A DNA stretch of 40,445 nt from Planctomycetaceae bacterium. GTDB lineage: Bacteria; Planctomycetota; Planctomycetia; Pirellulales; UBA1268. Every line of letters starts with the position of its first letter. Position 1 is the stretch's first letter. A program made the position numbers and the translations under genes. The notes under the pieces were generated by a model, which saw nothing but the letters and a program-made list of their open reading frames with translations, was not told the origin of the DNA and made no database searches. Where the stretch lies: the NCBI GenBank assembly GCA_046074885.1, contig JBJTPA010000133.1:1-40445 (forward strand). Reading direction: 5' to 3'. Below are positions 16,118 through 24,746 of the stretch, one piece after another.

Positions 16118-17412
16118 GGCGCGGACTCCGGAGGGAAGACGACGACCGGGAACATCCGCGTGAACGGCGGCCACCGGACCGGGACGCCGCGTACAACGAT
16201 CCGCCAGCGGACCGCGTTGTGCTCCGACGCGAAGGAGTGCATGGCGTCGGCGGGGATCGCGACGGCGCCCAGCGCCTCGAAACGCGTGCCCGGCGCGACG
16301 TGGACGTCGCCCCACGTCCGCAGCGGCTCCCGGTGCACCACGAGCGTCTCGGTCCGCGTGTCGGTGCCCTGGCGGAACGTCGCCTGCTCCTCGCACTCGA
16401 GCGTCATGGACAGTTCGTGGAGGTCGCCCGAGCCGCCTTGCGCGAGCAGCACGTCGTAGCGGCCGCCCGGCCGCAGCGGGTGGTCCGCGATCTCGAGCTG
16501 GGTCGTGCCCACCGCCGTGCGCAGGATCAGGGCGCGGACGAAGCCCGCGACGGCCGCGGCGCCCACGGCCACGACCGGCACCAGCAGGCCCAGCAGGAAC
16601 CAGTGCCGCCGGCCGCCGGCGAAGTCGAGCCCGGCGCCGATGGCGAGCACGGCGAGCACGGCGTTCCAGGCGCCAGCGAACAGGCCGAGGCCGACGAGCG
16701 TCCACGACTCCGGGCTCTCGAGCGGGAGCCGCCAGCGGAGCACCGTGCCCGGTGAATTCGTCATGTCGTCGCAGGCGGGCACGCCGGGATGCCCCGGCGC
16801 GGGGGCGGCATGCGCCGCCGTCAGGGCCGGGAGTCCCGCCGCCGCCGCGATCGCCTCCTCCGACCGTCCCCAGCGCCTCAGCGCCCGCAGCAGGCCCGAG
16901 CCACCGAAGGCCACGAGCGCGCCGGGCAACAGCAACGTGAGCCCCCACATCCACCAGTGGAAGCCGCGCTGGAGCACGATCGTGCCCGGATCGGCGGGAT
17001 CGAACCAGCCGGGCACGTCGGTGCCGAGCGGCCAGCCCTCGAGCGCCGCTGCGGCCGCCGCGCGATCGGCGGTCGCCGTGGCGGGATCGGAGCGGCTCCA
17101 CGACTCGCGCGGCGTGCCGGCTGCGTCGTAGGTGACGAGCAGGCAGGGCCGCCAGGTCACCGTCGTCGAGCCCGGCGGGTCCTCGACCGTCCTGCGCACC
17201 AGCCCCTGGCCGACGATCCTGCAGGTCGTCGCGATGTAGTCGCGGTTGATCCGCCACTCGGGCACGGCGACGCCGCTGACCAGAAGCGCGGCGAACACGA
17301 GCCCCGCGGCCAGAAGCACGGCGTGGAACAGCCCGTCGCCGAACGATCCCCAGGCCCGCGACCCCGTCCGGCGGTCGCCGCGTTTCTTGCCGAAGATTCG
17401 CGGGAGCCTCAC
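16114..17412 (-). CDS. Four-TM membrane protein: DUF3592-like module plus C-terminal beta-rich domain
   Basis: Basic N-terminus, then TM1 (LFHAVLLAAGLVFAALLVSGVAV). Beta-rich loop ending GWFDPADPGTIVLQRG, resembling DUF3592. TM2, then TM3/TM4. C-terminal domain TQLEIADHPLRPGGRYDVLL...LSMTLECEEQATF...AIPADAMHSFASEHNAVRWRIVVRG resembles the downstream 144-aa protein. GTG start. Confidence 0.75.
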   Translation of the reverse strand: MRLPRIFGKKRGDRRTGSRAWGSFGDGLFHAVLLAAGLVFAALLVSGVAVPEWRINRDYIATTCRIVGQGLVRRTVEDPPGSTTVTWRPCLLVTYDAAGTPRESWSRSDPATATADRAAAAAALEGWPLGTDVPGWFDPADPGTIVLQRGFHWWMWGLTLLLPGALVAFGGSGLLRALRRWGRSEEAIAAAAGLPALTAAHAAPAPGHPGVPACDDMTNSPGTVLRWRLPLESPESWTLVGLGLFAGAWNAVLAVLAIGAGLDFAGGRRHWFLLGLLVPVVAVGAAAVAGFVRALILRTAVGTTQLEIADHPLRPGGRYDVLLAQGGSGDLHELSMTLECEEQATFRQGTDTRTETLVVHREPLRTWGDVHVAPGTRFEALGAVAIPADAMHSFASEHNAVRWRIVVRGVPVRWPPFTRMFPVVVFPPESAP

Positions 17413-17466
17413 GGTCGTGCTCGCTGCATCATGGCCGTGGTGGGCGGCGGAGCGTCCGCACGGCCG

Positions 17467-17799
17467 CTAGACGTTGGCCACGGTGTCCTCGGGGGACGCC
17501 GGAAGCGGAGTCGCCGTCAGCGGGGGCGCGGCCGCCTCGTCCCCCTCCGGCCTGCTGGCCCGGAAGAAGCCGATCTTCTCGAGCGCCTTGTAGACCTCCT
17601 CCAGCGTCTTCTCGCCGAAGTTCGAGATCGAGAGCAGGTCCGCCCGCGTGCAGTTGAGCAGGTCGTGGACGGTGAAGATGCCCCGCTCCTCGAGGCAGTT
17701 GGTGGTGCGGACCGAGAGGCCGATCTCGGCGGTGCTCATGTCGAGCTTCTCGGCCATCTCGTCCGACTGCGTCAGGTCTTTGTAGGGGATGCGAGGCAT
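17467..17799 (-). CDS. Standalone RNA polymerase alpha-subunit C-terminal-domain (alpha-CTD)-like protein, 110 aa
   Basis: IGLSVRTTNCLEERGIFTVHDLLNCTRADLLSISNFGEKTLEEVYKALEKIG matches the alpha-CTD helix-hairpin-helix signature (SVR..NCL....I..V.DL......L....N.G.KSL.E). ATG 17799 is preceded by GGGAGGGA. The N-terminal 210 aa of track ORF 17467..18429 are rejected. Confidence 0.85.
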   Translation of the reverse strand: MPRIPYKDLTQSDEMAEKLDMSTAEIGLSVRTTNCLEERGIFTVHDLLNCTRADLLSISNFGEKTLEEVYKALEKIGFFRASRPEGDEAAAPPLTATPLPASPEDTVANV

Positions 17800-17872
17800 G
17801 GGTTCCCTCCCGTGCGACTGGTTGAATCGGGCGCGCCGGCAAGGCCGCGGTTCGGCCCGGGCGCGCGGGGAA

Positions 17873-17878
17873 TATAAT
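17873..17878. promoter_or_regulatory. Perfect TATAAT hexamer in the divergent alpha-CTD / helicase intergenic region
   Basis: GGGGAATATAATCC is an isolated AT island in GC-rich sequence. No convincing -35 on either strand, so direction is unassigned. Confidence 0.25.
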
Positions 17879-17971
17879 CCAGAACGTGCCGATCGGGCCA
17901 CCCGGCGGCCCGGCGAAACCCCGCCCGACCCGGCCGCGCCCGCGTTCCGGAATCCGTCAGCCTCTCCCCAA

Positions 17972-20383
17972 ATGCCCGTGTCGCCCCCATCCTTCGCAGG
18001 TTTGAACGACGCCCAGCTCCGGGCCGCCACGCACGTCGAGGGACCGCTCCTCGTGCTGGCAGGGCCCGGCAGCGGCAAGACCCGCGTGGTGACCCACCGC
18101 GTGGCCCACCTCATCGCCGCGGGCGTCCGCCCGGAGCAGATCGTCGCCCTGACCTTCACCAACAAGGCGGCCGACGAGATGCGGCGCCGCGTCGCCACGC
18201 TCGTCGGCCCGCAGCCGGTCGAGATGGGGACGTTCCACCGCTTCGCCGCCCGGCTGCTCCGCCGGCACGCCCGCCTCGTGGGCCTGACGGGCGAGTTCTC
18301 GATCCTCGACACCGACGACTCCGGCGCGGTGCTGAAGCGGGCGGCCAAGAAACTCGGCCTCGCCCTGTCGCACGTGCCGATCGACCGCCTCGCCGGCACG
18401 ATCAGCCGGGCCAAGAACGACCTGCTCACGCCGGAGTCCTTCGAGCCGCGCTGGGGCCGGCCGGTGGACGAGGTCGCGAAGCGGGTCTGGCCCGTCTACC
18501 AGGAGCTGCTCCTCGCGGCCAACGCCGTCGATTTCGACGACCTGCTCGTCCACGTGGCGCGGATCCTCGCCGACGAGCCCGAGCTGCGGGCCGCGCTCGA
18601 CGCCCGGCACCGCTTCATCCTCGTGGACGAGTACCAGGACACCAACGCCGTCCAGTACTGCATCCTCCGCGGCCTGTCGATCGACCATCCGCACCTCGCC
18701 GTCACCGGCGACCCCGATCAGGCGATCTACGGCTGGCGCGGCGCGAGCATCCGCAACATCCTCGAGTTCGAACGCGACTACCCTACGGCGACCGTCGTGA
18801 AGCTCGAGCGGAACTACCGCAGCACCGCCAACATCCTCGGCGTGGCCGACCGGCTCGTGGCCCACAACGCCCGTCGCAAGCCGAAGCGGCTCGTGACCGA
18901 CGCCCCGCCGGGCACGCCGGTGCGGATCGTGCTCGACTCGACCGGCCACGACGAGGCCGACCGCATCGCCGGCGAGATCGCGGCCGCGGTCGGCGCGGGC
19001 CGCCGGTCGCCGCGCGACTTCGCCGTGCTGTTCCGCACCAACGCCCTGTCGCGGTCGCTCGAGGTGGCGCTCCGCGGCCGCGGCATCCCCTACCAGCTCG
19101 TCCGCGGCCTGGAGTTCTTCAAGCGCCGCGAGGTCCGCGACGTCGTGGCGTGGCTGCGGATGATCCGCAACCCGCGGGACGACGAGGCCGCGCTGCGGGT
19201 CGTGAACGTGCCGGCCCGGGGCATCGGCCGGCAGTCGCTCGACCGGCTGACGGCGTGGGCCGAATCGCGGCGGCTGTCGGTGGTCGAGGCGGCCGCGCGG
19301 GCGGCCGAGGTGCCCGGGATGCCGAAGCGGGCGGCCGCGGCCCTCGCGGGTTTCGCCCGGATTCACGGCGGGCTCGTGGCGGTGGCCGCGGGTGATCCGC
19401 GGGTCGCCCCGCTCGTCGAGGCCGTGCTCGACCGCACCGGCTACCGGGCCATGCTCGCCGAGGAGCAGGAGGACGACGAGGAGGGGCAGGATCGCCTGGC
19501 GAACGTGGAGGAACTGCTGACGGCGGCCCGGCAGCACGACGACGCGACCAACGACCAGGTCGCGGGAGACGACGCGCTCGATCCGCTCGGCGGCTTCCTC
19601 GAGACGACCGCCCTGGTGGCCGACACCGACGCCTGGGACGCGTCCGGCGACCGGGTGGCGCTGATGACGTTCCACGCCGCGAAGGGGCTCGAGTTTCCCG
19701 TGGTCCACCTGATGGCCATGGAGGACGGCGTCCTGCCGCACGAGCGGAGTCTCGACAACGCGGACCAACTCGAGGAGGAGCGGCGGCTCGTGTTCGTGGG
19801 GATCACGCGGGGCCGCGAGGAGGTGGTCGCGAGTTGCGCGCGGATGAGGGACTACCGGGGCACGCGGCGGATCTCCGCGCCGAGCCTGTTCCTCGCCGAG
19901 ATGACCGGCTCCGAGACGGTGGTCACCGGGGCGGAGTCGCCCGGGGCGGCAGGTGGCGACATCGTGTTCGATCCGTTTGGCGACGCGGCCCGCCGGCAGG
20001 GGGACGACTTCGACGACCTCGGCCAGGAGGGCCCCGAACCGCGGGTCGTCCCGGCGCGGGTCGTCCGCCACGACGGCCTCACGCTGGAACTCGACTCGGC
20101 GGGCGACGCGGCCGGCGGCCGCCACGACCGGCCTGGCCGCCGGCGCGGTGCGGACCTGGCGATCGAGCGGGCCACGGACCTCGCCCTGCGGATGGCCGGG
20201 GGAGGCCCGCCGCAGCGCCGGTACGCGGCCGGCCAGCGGGTGCGTCACGCCGAGTACGGCGAGGGCGTGATCTCCGGCATCAGCGGCGCGGGCGCCCGTG
20301 TCTTCGGCACGGTGATCTTCTCCGGGCCGGCATGGACGCGGATGTTCATCCTCGGCCACGGGGCGCTCGAGCCGGTCCCGTGA
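17972..20383 (+). CDS. ATP-dependent DNA helicase, UvrD/PcrA/Rep family
   Basis: LNDAQLRAATHVEGPLLVLAGPGSGKTRVVTHRVAHLI (motifs Q/I), TFTNKAADEM, ILVDEYQDTN, GDPDQAIYGWRGA, NYRST, MTFHAAKGLEFPVV, EEERRLVFVGITR. Start at ATG 17972; the track start 17789 is an upstream extension. Confidence 0.92.
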   Translation: MPVSPPSFAGLNDAQLRAATHVEGPLLVLAGPGSGKTRVVTHRVAHLIAAGVRPEQIVALTFTNKAADEMRRRVATLVGPQPVEMGTFHRFAARLLRRHARLVGLTGEFSILDTDDSGAVLKRAAKKLGLALSHVPIDRLAGTISRAKNDLLTPESFEPRWGRPVDEVAKRVWPVYQELLLAANAVDFDDLLVHVARILADEPELRAALDARHRFILVDEYQDTNAVQYCILRGLSIDHPHLAVTGDPDQAIYGWRGASIRNILEFERDYPTATVVKLERNYRSTANILGVADRLVAHNARRKPKRLVTDAPPGTPVRIVLDSTGHDEADRIAGEIAAAVGAGRRSPRDFAVLFRTNALSRSLEVALRGRGIPYQLVRGLEFFKRREVRDVVAWLRMIRNPRDDEAALRVVNVPARGIGRQSLDRLTAWAESRRLSVVEAAARAAEVPGMPKRAAAALAGFARIHGGLVAVAAGDPRVAPLVEAVLDRTGYRAMLAEEQEDDEEGQDRLANVEELLTAARQHDDATNDQVAGDDALDPLGGFLETTALVADTDAWDASGDRVALMTFHAAKGLEFPVVHLMAMEDGVLPHERSLDNADQLEEERRLVFVGITRGREEVVASCARMRDYRGTRRISAPSLFLAEMTGSETVVTGAESPGAAGGDIVFDPFGDAARRQGDDFDDLGQEGPEPRVVPARVVRHDGLTLELDSAGDAAGGRHDRPGRRRGADLAIERATDLALRMAGGGPPQRRYAAGQRVRHAEYGEGVISGISGAGARVFGTVIFSGPAWTRMFILGHGALEPVP

Positions 20384-20409
20384 CGGTGGCGGGGACGGGG
20401 CGCCGACAG

Positions 20410-21222
20410 TCAGCCCGCCGCGTCGCCCGTGTCCGCCGCGGGCGTCGGTGCGGGCGTCGGTGCGGCGGCCGGCTTCACGCCCGTCACGTCCGCCACGATC
20501 GCCGCCTCGAACGCGGGCAGGAGTTCCGAGATGAAGTTCGAGCACTCGGCCGTGGCCCGCGACGGCGCCAGCTTGGTCTGGTCCACGATCGCGTAGAGCT
20601 TGTAGACCGCGGGGTATTCGTTGAGCCTGATCCGGGCGATCTGGGGCGCCATCCAGGTCAGTGACTCCACGTCGGCGGCGCCCGCCGGGGCGTCGGCCCG
20701 CGGGGCTTCCGCGCCGGCCGCCTCCGCCGGCCTGGCCCGCTCCGAAACCCCGTACGTCCAGAACACGCGGATGGTCTGGCCTTCCTTGGCGAACGTCCCG
20801 GTGAAGGCCTCGGCGCTCCGGCCGTCGCTGAGGGTGAGCGTCTCGCGGTGCTCGGGCTCGGCGATCTCGAAGCCTGCCCCGGGGTAGCAGCGGTCGGGGG
20901 TGTGGCCCGAGGCGTCGTGCGGCGTCGCGCACACGACGAAGGCCGACAGCGAGGCCCTCGTCTTGTGGTTGCGGTAGATCCGGGAGACGCTGCCCACGGC
21001 CCCGGCGCGGTCGAGTTCCGCCCGGCTCACGTCGAGGCTCCGCTCCATCGACCACTGGCCGAACGACTCGGGAAACAGCCGCTCGAGACGGCTGGAGTAG
21101 AGGCCGAGCAACTCGTTCTTCTTCTCGCCCCAGCGGCCGGTCAGCAAGCCCTGGGTGGCCGTCACGCCGGCGATGAGCAGCACGGCCGCGGCAGCCGTGA
21201 TCAGCAGGCTCCTCGATCCCAT
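20410..21222 (-). CDS. EpsI-family exosortase-associated protein
   Basis: N-terminal TM anchor, then the EpsI-type motif HTPDRCYPGAGFE. ATG 21222 is preceded by GGGAGG at 8-nt spacing. Sits directly downstream of the Wzc-like gene and the exosortase. Confidence 0.75.
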   Translation of the reverse strand: MGSRSLLITAAAAVLLIAGVTATQGLLTGRWGEKKNELLGLYSSRLERLFPESFGQWSMERSLDVSRAELDRAGAVGSVSRIYRNHKTRASLSAFVVCATPHDASGHTPDRCYPGAGFEIAEPEHRETLTLSDGRSAEAFTGTFAKEGQTIRVFWTYGVSERARPAEAAGAEAPRADAPAGAADVESLTWMAPQIARIRLNEYPAVYKLYAIVDQTKLAPSRATAECSNFISELLPAFEAAIVADVTGVKPAAAPTPAPTPAADTGDAAG

Positions 21223-21239
21223 CGAATCGGCCTCCCGCG

Positions 21240-23444
21240 TCACGCCGACGCCGCCGGCGTCGCGTAACGCCGCCGCGGGCCGTCGTCGCTCACGCCGTTG
21301 ATCACGGTGCCGAGCACGCGGATGCCGACCGACCGCAGCCGCTCCACCGCCTTCGTGACGAGCGGCACGCGGCTCACGTCGCGCATCGTGACCATGATCG
21401 CCGCGTCGCTCAATTGCCCGAGCAGCAGCGGATCGGCGAACGCCAGCACGGGACCGGCGTCGATGACGACGTGGTCGAAGGAGGCGCGGAAGCCCTTGAT
21501 GATGCGGGCGGCCTCGGGGCGGGACAGGGCCGTGATCGAGGCGTAGTCGCAGGCCCCGCCCGTGACGGCGAACAGCCCCTCGATGCCCGTGGGCTGCACG
21601 GCCTCGTCATTTTGGATCTCGCCGCGGAGCAGTTCCGGCAGGCCCGCCCGGATGGAGAGCTCGAGGGCCAGGTGGGCGTTGGGGTGCCGCAGGTCGCCGT
21701 CGAGCAGGAGCGTGCGATTGCCGGCGCGCGCGAGGCTGGCGGCGAACCGCGCGGCGAAGGTCGTCTTGCCCTCGTGCTCGATGGCGCTGGTCACGAGGAT
21801 CACCTTGGGCGCCTCGCGGCCGGTCTGGGCGACGATGGCCCGCACGCCGTCGATGCATTCCGCGACCTGGTCGGCGTCGGACCGCCGCGAAATCGGGGGG
21901 ATGGTGCCGATGACCCGCAGCCCGACCCGCTGGGTGGCGTCGTCCACCGTGGCGATCCGGGCCCGCTGGTACTCGAGCATGACCACGCCCGCGAAGCCAG
22001 CCGCGAAGCCCGCCAGGGCCGCCAGCCCCGTGAGCATGATGCGGGACAGGTTGTCGCCCTCGCCGGGCAGGCCCGCCTCCTCGATCAGTTCCACGCGGTT
22101 GGGCATCGCGATGTCCACCTCGGAGGCGTTGAGCTGGATGCCCATCTGGTTGGTGACCGCCTGGAGCTGGGCGATCTCGTTGCGACGGGCTTCGAGGTCG
22201 GCGTTGGCGTTGCCCAGGGCCGTCACCTCCTTGGCCACCTGGTCGAACTCCTTCGACGTGTCCTCGAGCTGCTTGCCGAGGATCTCGCGGCGCATCCGCA
22301 GCACGGTTGGGGTCGCGACCCGCCGGCCGCCCTCACCCCCGCCGGCGTCGCCGCCGACCTGGGGCCGCAGCTCGGCCGCCTTCGCGTCGATCCGCCGCAG
22401 CAGGTCTTCCCGCTGGCCCCGCAGCCGCCTCACGGCCGGGTCGTTGGCGCCGCGGGCGCTCCGCTCCGCCTGGAAGGCGATCGTCTCGTCGAGCTCCTCG
22501 AGGCGGCGGGTGAGGTCGGCCATCTGCGGATGGCGGAGCACCCAGGCGTCCACGGCGCCGGCGTCCTCCCCCTCGGGCTCCTTCGTCGCCTCGATGAGCG
22601 CGAGCTCGGTGTCGATCTGGATGATGTCACGCTGGGCCTGGGTGAGCTGTGCCCGCAGCGTGCCCAGGTGGTCGAGCAGGAGGCTGCGCTGCGTGGCCAC
22701 CTCGGAACTGTCCCGCGTGCCCAGCGAGCGGGCCAGGTTGTTGAAGGTCTCGAGCCGCGTGCGGACCTCCGCCATGTTCTCCTTGTATTTCTTCTCCAGC
22801 ATGTCGCGGCGGGAGAGCCGCTCGGTCCGCTCCTTGTTGACCACGTCGGTCAGGTAGGCCTGCGTGACGGCGTTGACGATCTGCTGCACCTCCCGGGGAT
22901 CCTCGCCCCGCATGCGGATCTGCACGACCTCCGATTCGGCCGGCGCGGAGACCGCGATGTGGCGGGTGAGCCAGCCGACCTGGTCGCGCTCGTCCCAGAG
23001 GGATGGGAGGTTCGCAATGCCCGGCCGCCGCAGGGCCGAGTTGAGCACGAACGGGCTCTTGATCAGCTGCAGCTGCGTCTTGCGGTACTGGTCGTACTCG
23101 CCGGGGCCGCCCCCGCTGCCGCTGAACGTGCCCGGGTTCGACCGCACCCGCAGCCACGCCACCGCCTCGTAGCCGCGGGGCAGCAGGAACCAGGCGAGCA
23201 CCGCGGAGGTGGCCGCGAGCCCGAGGCCGATGAGGGTGGCGGCGAGCCACGTCCGCCGCACCGCGTGCAGCACGCGGACGAAGTCGATCCCGCCCGCCAA
23301 CGGGTCGCCCGCCGGGCCATAGGCGGGGCCGCCGGGGCCCTGGGGGACCGCAATGCCCGTCTCAGGCAGCGTGACGAGGCCGCGGGCCTCGTCCATCGTC
23401 TGCGAACCGGCGTCGGTTGACGTCGTGGCGTCGCTCATGGGCAC
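21240..23444 (-). CDS. Polysaccharide chain-length determinant fused to a CpsD/CapB-type tyrosine autokinase domain (GumC/Wzc-like)
   Basis: Wzz-like N-terminus with TM, long coiled-coil periplasmic region, second TM. C-terminal P-loop VILVTSAIEHEGKTTFAARFAASLARAGNRTLLLDGDLRHP and DHVVIDAGP. Start is GTG 23444 or ATG 23438. Confidence 0.85.
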   Translation of the reverse strand: MPMSDATTSTDAGSQTMDEARGLVTLPETGIAVPQGPGGPAYGPAGDPLAGGIDFVRVLHAVRRTWLAATLIGLGLAATSAVLAWFLLPRGYEAVAWLRVRSNPGTFSGSGGGPGEYDQYRKTQLQLIKSPFVLNSALRRPGIANLPSLWDERDQVGWLTRHIAVSAPAESEVVQIRMRGEDPREVQQIVNAVTQAYLTDVVNKERTERLSRRDMLEKKYKENMAEVRTRLETFNNLARSLGTRDSSEVATQRSLLLDHLGTLRAQLTQAQRDIIQIDTELALIEATKEPEGEDAGAVDAWVLRHPQMADLTRRLEELDETIAFQAERSARGANDPAVRRLRGQREDLLRRIDAKAAELRPQVGGDAGGGEGGRRVATPTVLRMRREILGKQLEDTSKEFDQVAKEVTALGNANADLEARRNEIAQLQAVTNQMGIQLNASEVDIAMPNRVELIEEAGLPGEGDNLSRIMLTGLAALAGFAAGFAGVVMLEYQRARIATVDDATQRVGLRVIGTIPPISRRSDADQVAECIDGVRAIVAQTGREAPKVILVTSAIEHEGKTTFAARFAASLARAGNRTLLLDGDLRHPNAHLALELSIRAGLPELLRGEIQNDEAVQPTGIEGLFAVTGGACDYASITALSRPEAARIIKGFRASFDHVVIDAGPVLAFADPLLLGQLSDAAIMVTMRDVSRVPLVTKAVERLRSVGIRVLGTVINGVSDDGPRRRYATPAASA

Positions 23445-23544
23445 TGCTGGGAGTCACGTCCCGGCCGTCGCCGGCGTCCGGACGCCGGACAACTGGCGCG
23501 GAGGATCTCCTTTTCCACCGATTGAAGTGTATCGCGCGAATCGG

Positions 23545-24663
23545 TCAATTTCCGCCCGCCGGCGCGGCCGGGGGCGAGCCCTGCGGCCCCGCGGGATTTT
23601 CGCGGGTTTTTGGCCGGGCTCCCGGCACGGACACCACCGCTGGGCCGCGTCCCGCCGGGGTCCGGGGCAGCACCGCCGCCGGCGCCACCTCTTCGCCCAC
23701 GACGAGCCACGACAGCATCTGCTGCAGCCCGAACAGGAACAGCAGCGCCAGCGGCATCATGAAGTAGCCCGCCCAGTCGTGGAACAGCTTCTCGGCCATC
23801 TCCGGGCTGAAGGTGTACATCACCCCCGTAGCCGTGATGCGGATCGCGTTGACGGCCAGGGCGATCGGGATCGCGCTCGCCATGATCAGCGCGTTTTCCC
23901 ACCACTCGCCGCCCCCGACCAATACGATCATCAGCGCGAGCCACACGAAGATCGTGAGCATCCGCAGGCCGCTGCACGCGTCCACGACGCCCAGCACCCG
24001 CGACTCTCCGAGGACGATCCTGTTGCCCTCCCGGAAGGCGTCGATGCCCAGCGTCTGGATCGCGAACGTGCTGACCATCGTGGCGAGGGTCTGGAGCGGC
24101 CCGAGCAGGTAGCGGGTGGCCTCGTCCGGGAGCGGATACATGAAGATCAGCGCCGCGATCGGGGCCCACGCCCAGCGGAACGTCCTCCAGCCGCCGACCA
24201 TGAGGAACACGCCCGCCAGGGCCGGCACGAACGAGTACATGTCGAGCGTGATGATCCGGTACTTCGCGCACAGCAGCCGGAAGACGAAGGTCGCCGCGAT
24301 GATGCCCAGGCCCGCCAGCCGCGCTGAATCCTCGACGGCCGCGAACGGCCGCCGCCACCAGAACAGGAGCACGAGCGAGCACAGCGGCACGAGCCAGCCG
24401 TGGGAGTACTGCGGGTTGTCCCAACTGGCGCGGGCGTTCATGAGGCCGGGCCAGTAGCTGTAGACGAGGCCCACGGTGAGCACCACGATCACGGCCCACG
24501 AGGTCGCCTCCTCGGGCCGGCGCAGGTCGGACCGCAGTTCGGCGAACCGCCGCTGCAGGCCCTCGACGAGCGTCTCGTCGGGATGGGTCGGCTCCGGAGG
24601 CGGCGCGGCGGGCCGGATCGGGCCGGGCTGTCGCGTCGGCAGGATCGATGCTGGCGACTTCAT
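23545..24663 (-). CDS. Exosortase family protein
   Basis: Polytopic membrane protein carrying the three exosortase signature elements: VVDACSGLRML (Cys), AVNAIRI (Arg), LFHDWAGY (His). Confidence 0.88.
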   Translation of the reverse strand: MKSPASILPTRQPGPIRPAAPPPEPTHPDETLVEGLQRRFAELRSDLRRPEEATSWAVIVVLTVGLVYSYWPGLMNARASWDNPQYSHGWLVPLCSLVLLFWWRRPFAAVEDSARLAGLGIIAATFVFRLLCAKYRIITLDMYSFVPALAGVFLMVGGWRTFRWAWAPIAALIFMYPLPDEATRYLLGPLQTLATMVSTFAIQTLGIDAFREGNRIVLGESRVLGVVDACSGLRMLTIFVWLALMIVLVGGGEWWENALIMASAIPIALAVNAIRITATGVMYTFSPEMAEKLFHDWAGYFMMPLALLFLFGLQQMLSWLVVGEEVAPAAVLPRTPAGRGPAVVSVPGARPKTRENPAGPQGSPPAAPAGGN

Positions 24664-24746
24664 GGCGGCGGGCTGGAGTGACCCCGGGGGAAGCGAGCGA
24701 CCACCTCCATCCTAACCGCTCGGGTCGGGGGATTCCCGGGGTGCGT

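Noticed and set aside
15078-17257. Track ORFs 15078..16196 (372 aa) and 15683..17257 (524 aa) taken at full length
   Set aside because: Only their C-terminal parts look like protein. The N-terminal parts are Arg/Pro-rich and overlap the well-formed neighbouring genes. GTG starts that exactly overlap the upstream stops (GTGA) give a clean non-overlapping operon.
17957-21055. 1032-aa minus-strand ORF
   Set aside because: It is antisense to the UvrD/PcrA helicase, whose plus-strand frame carries all helicase motifs, and it runs into the EpsI gene in the wrong frame.
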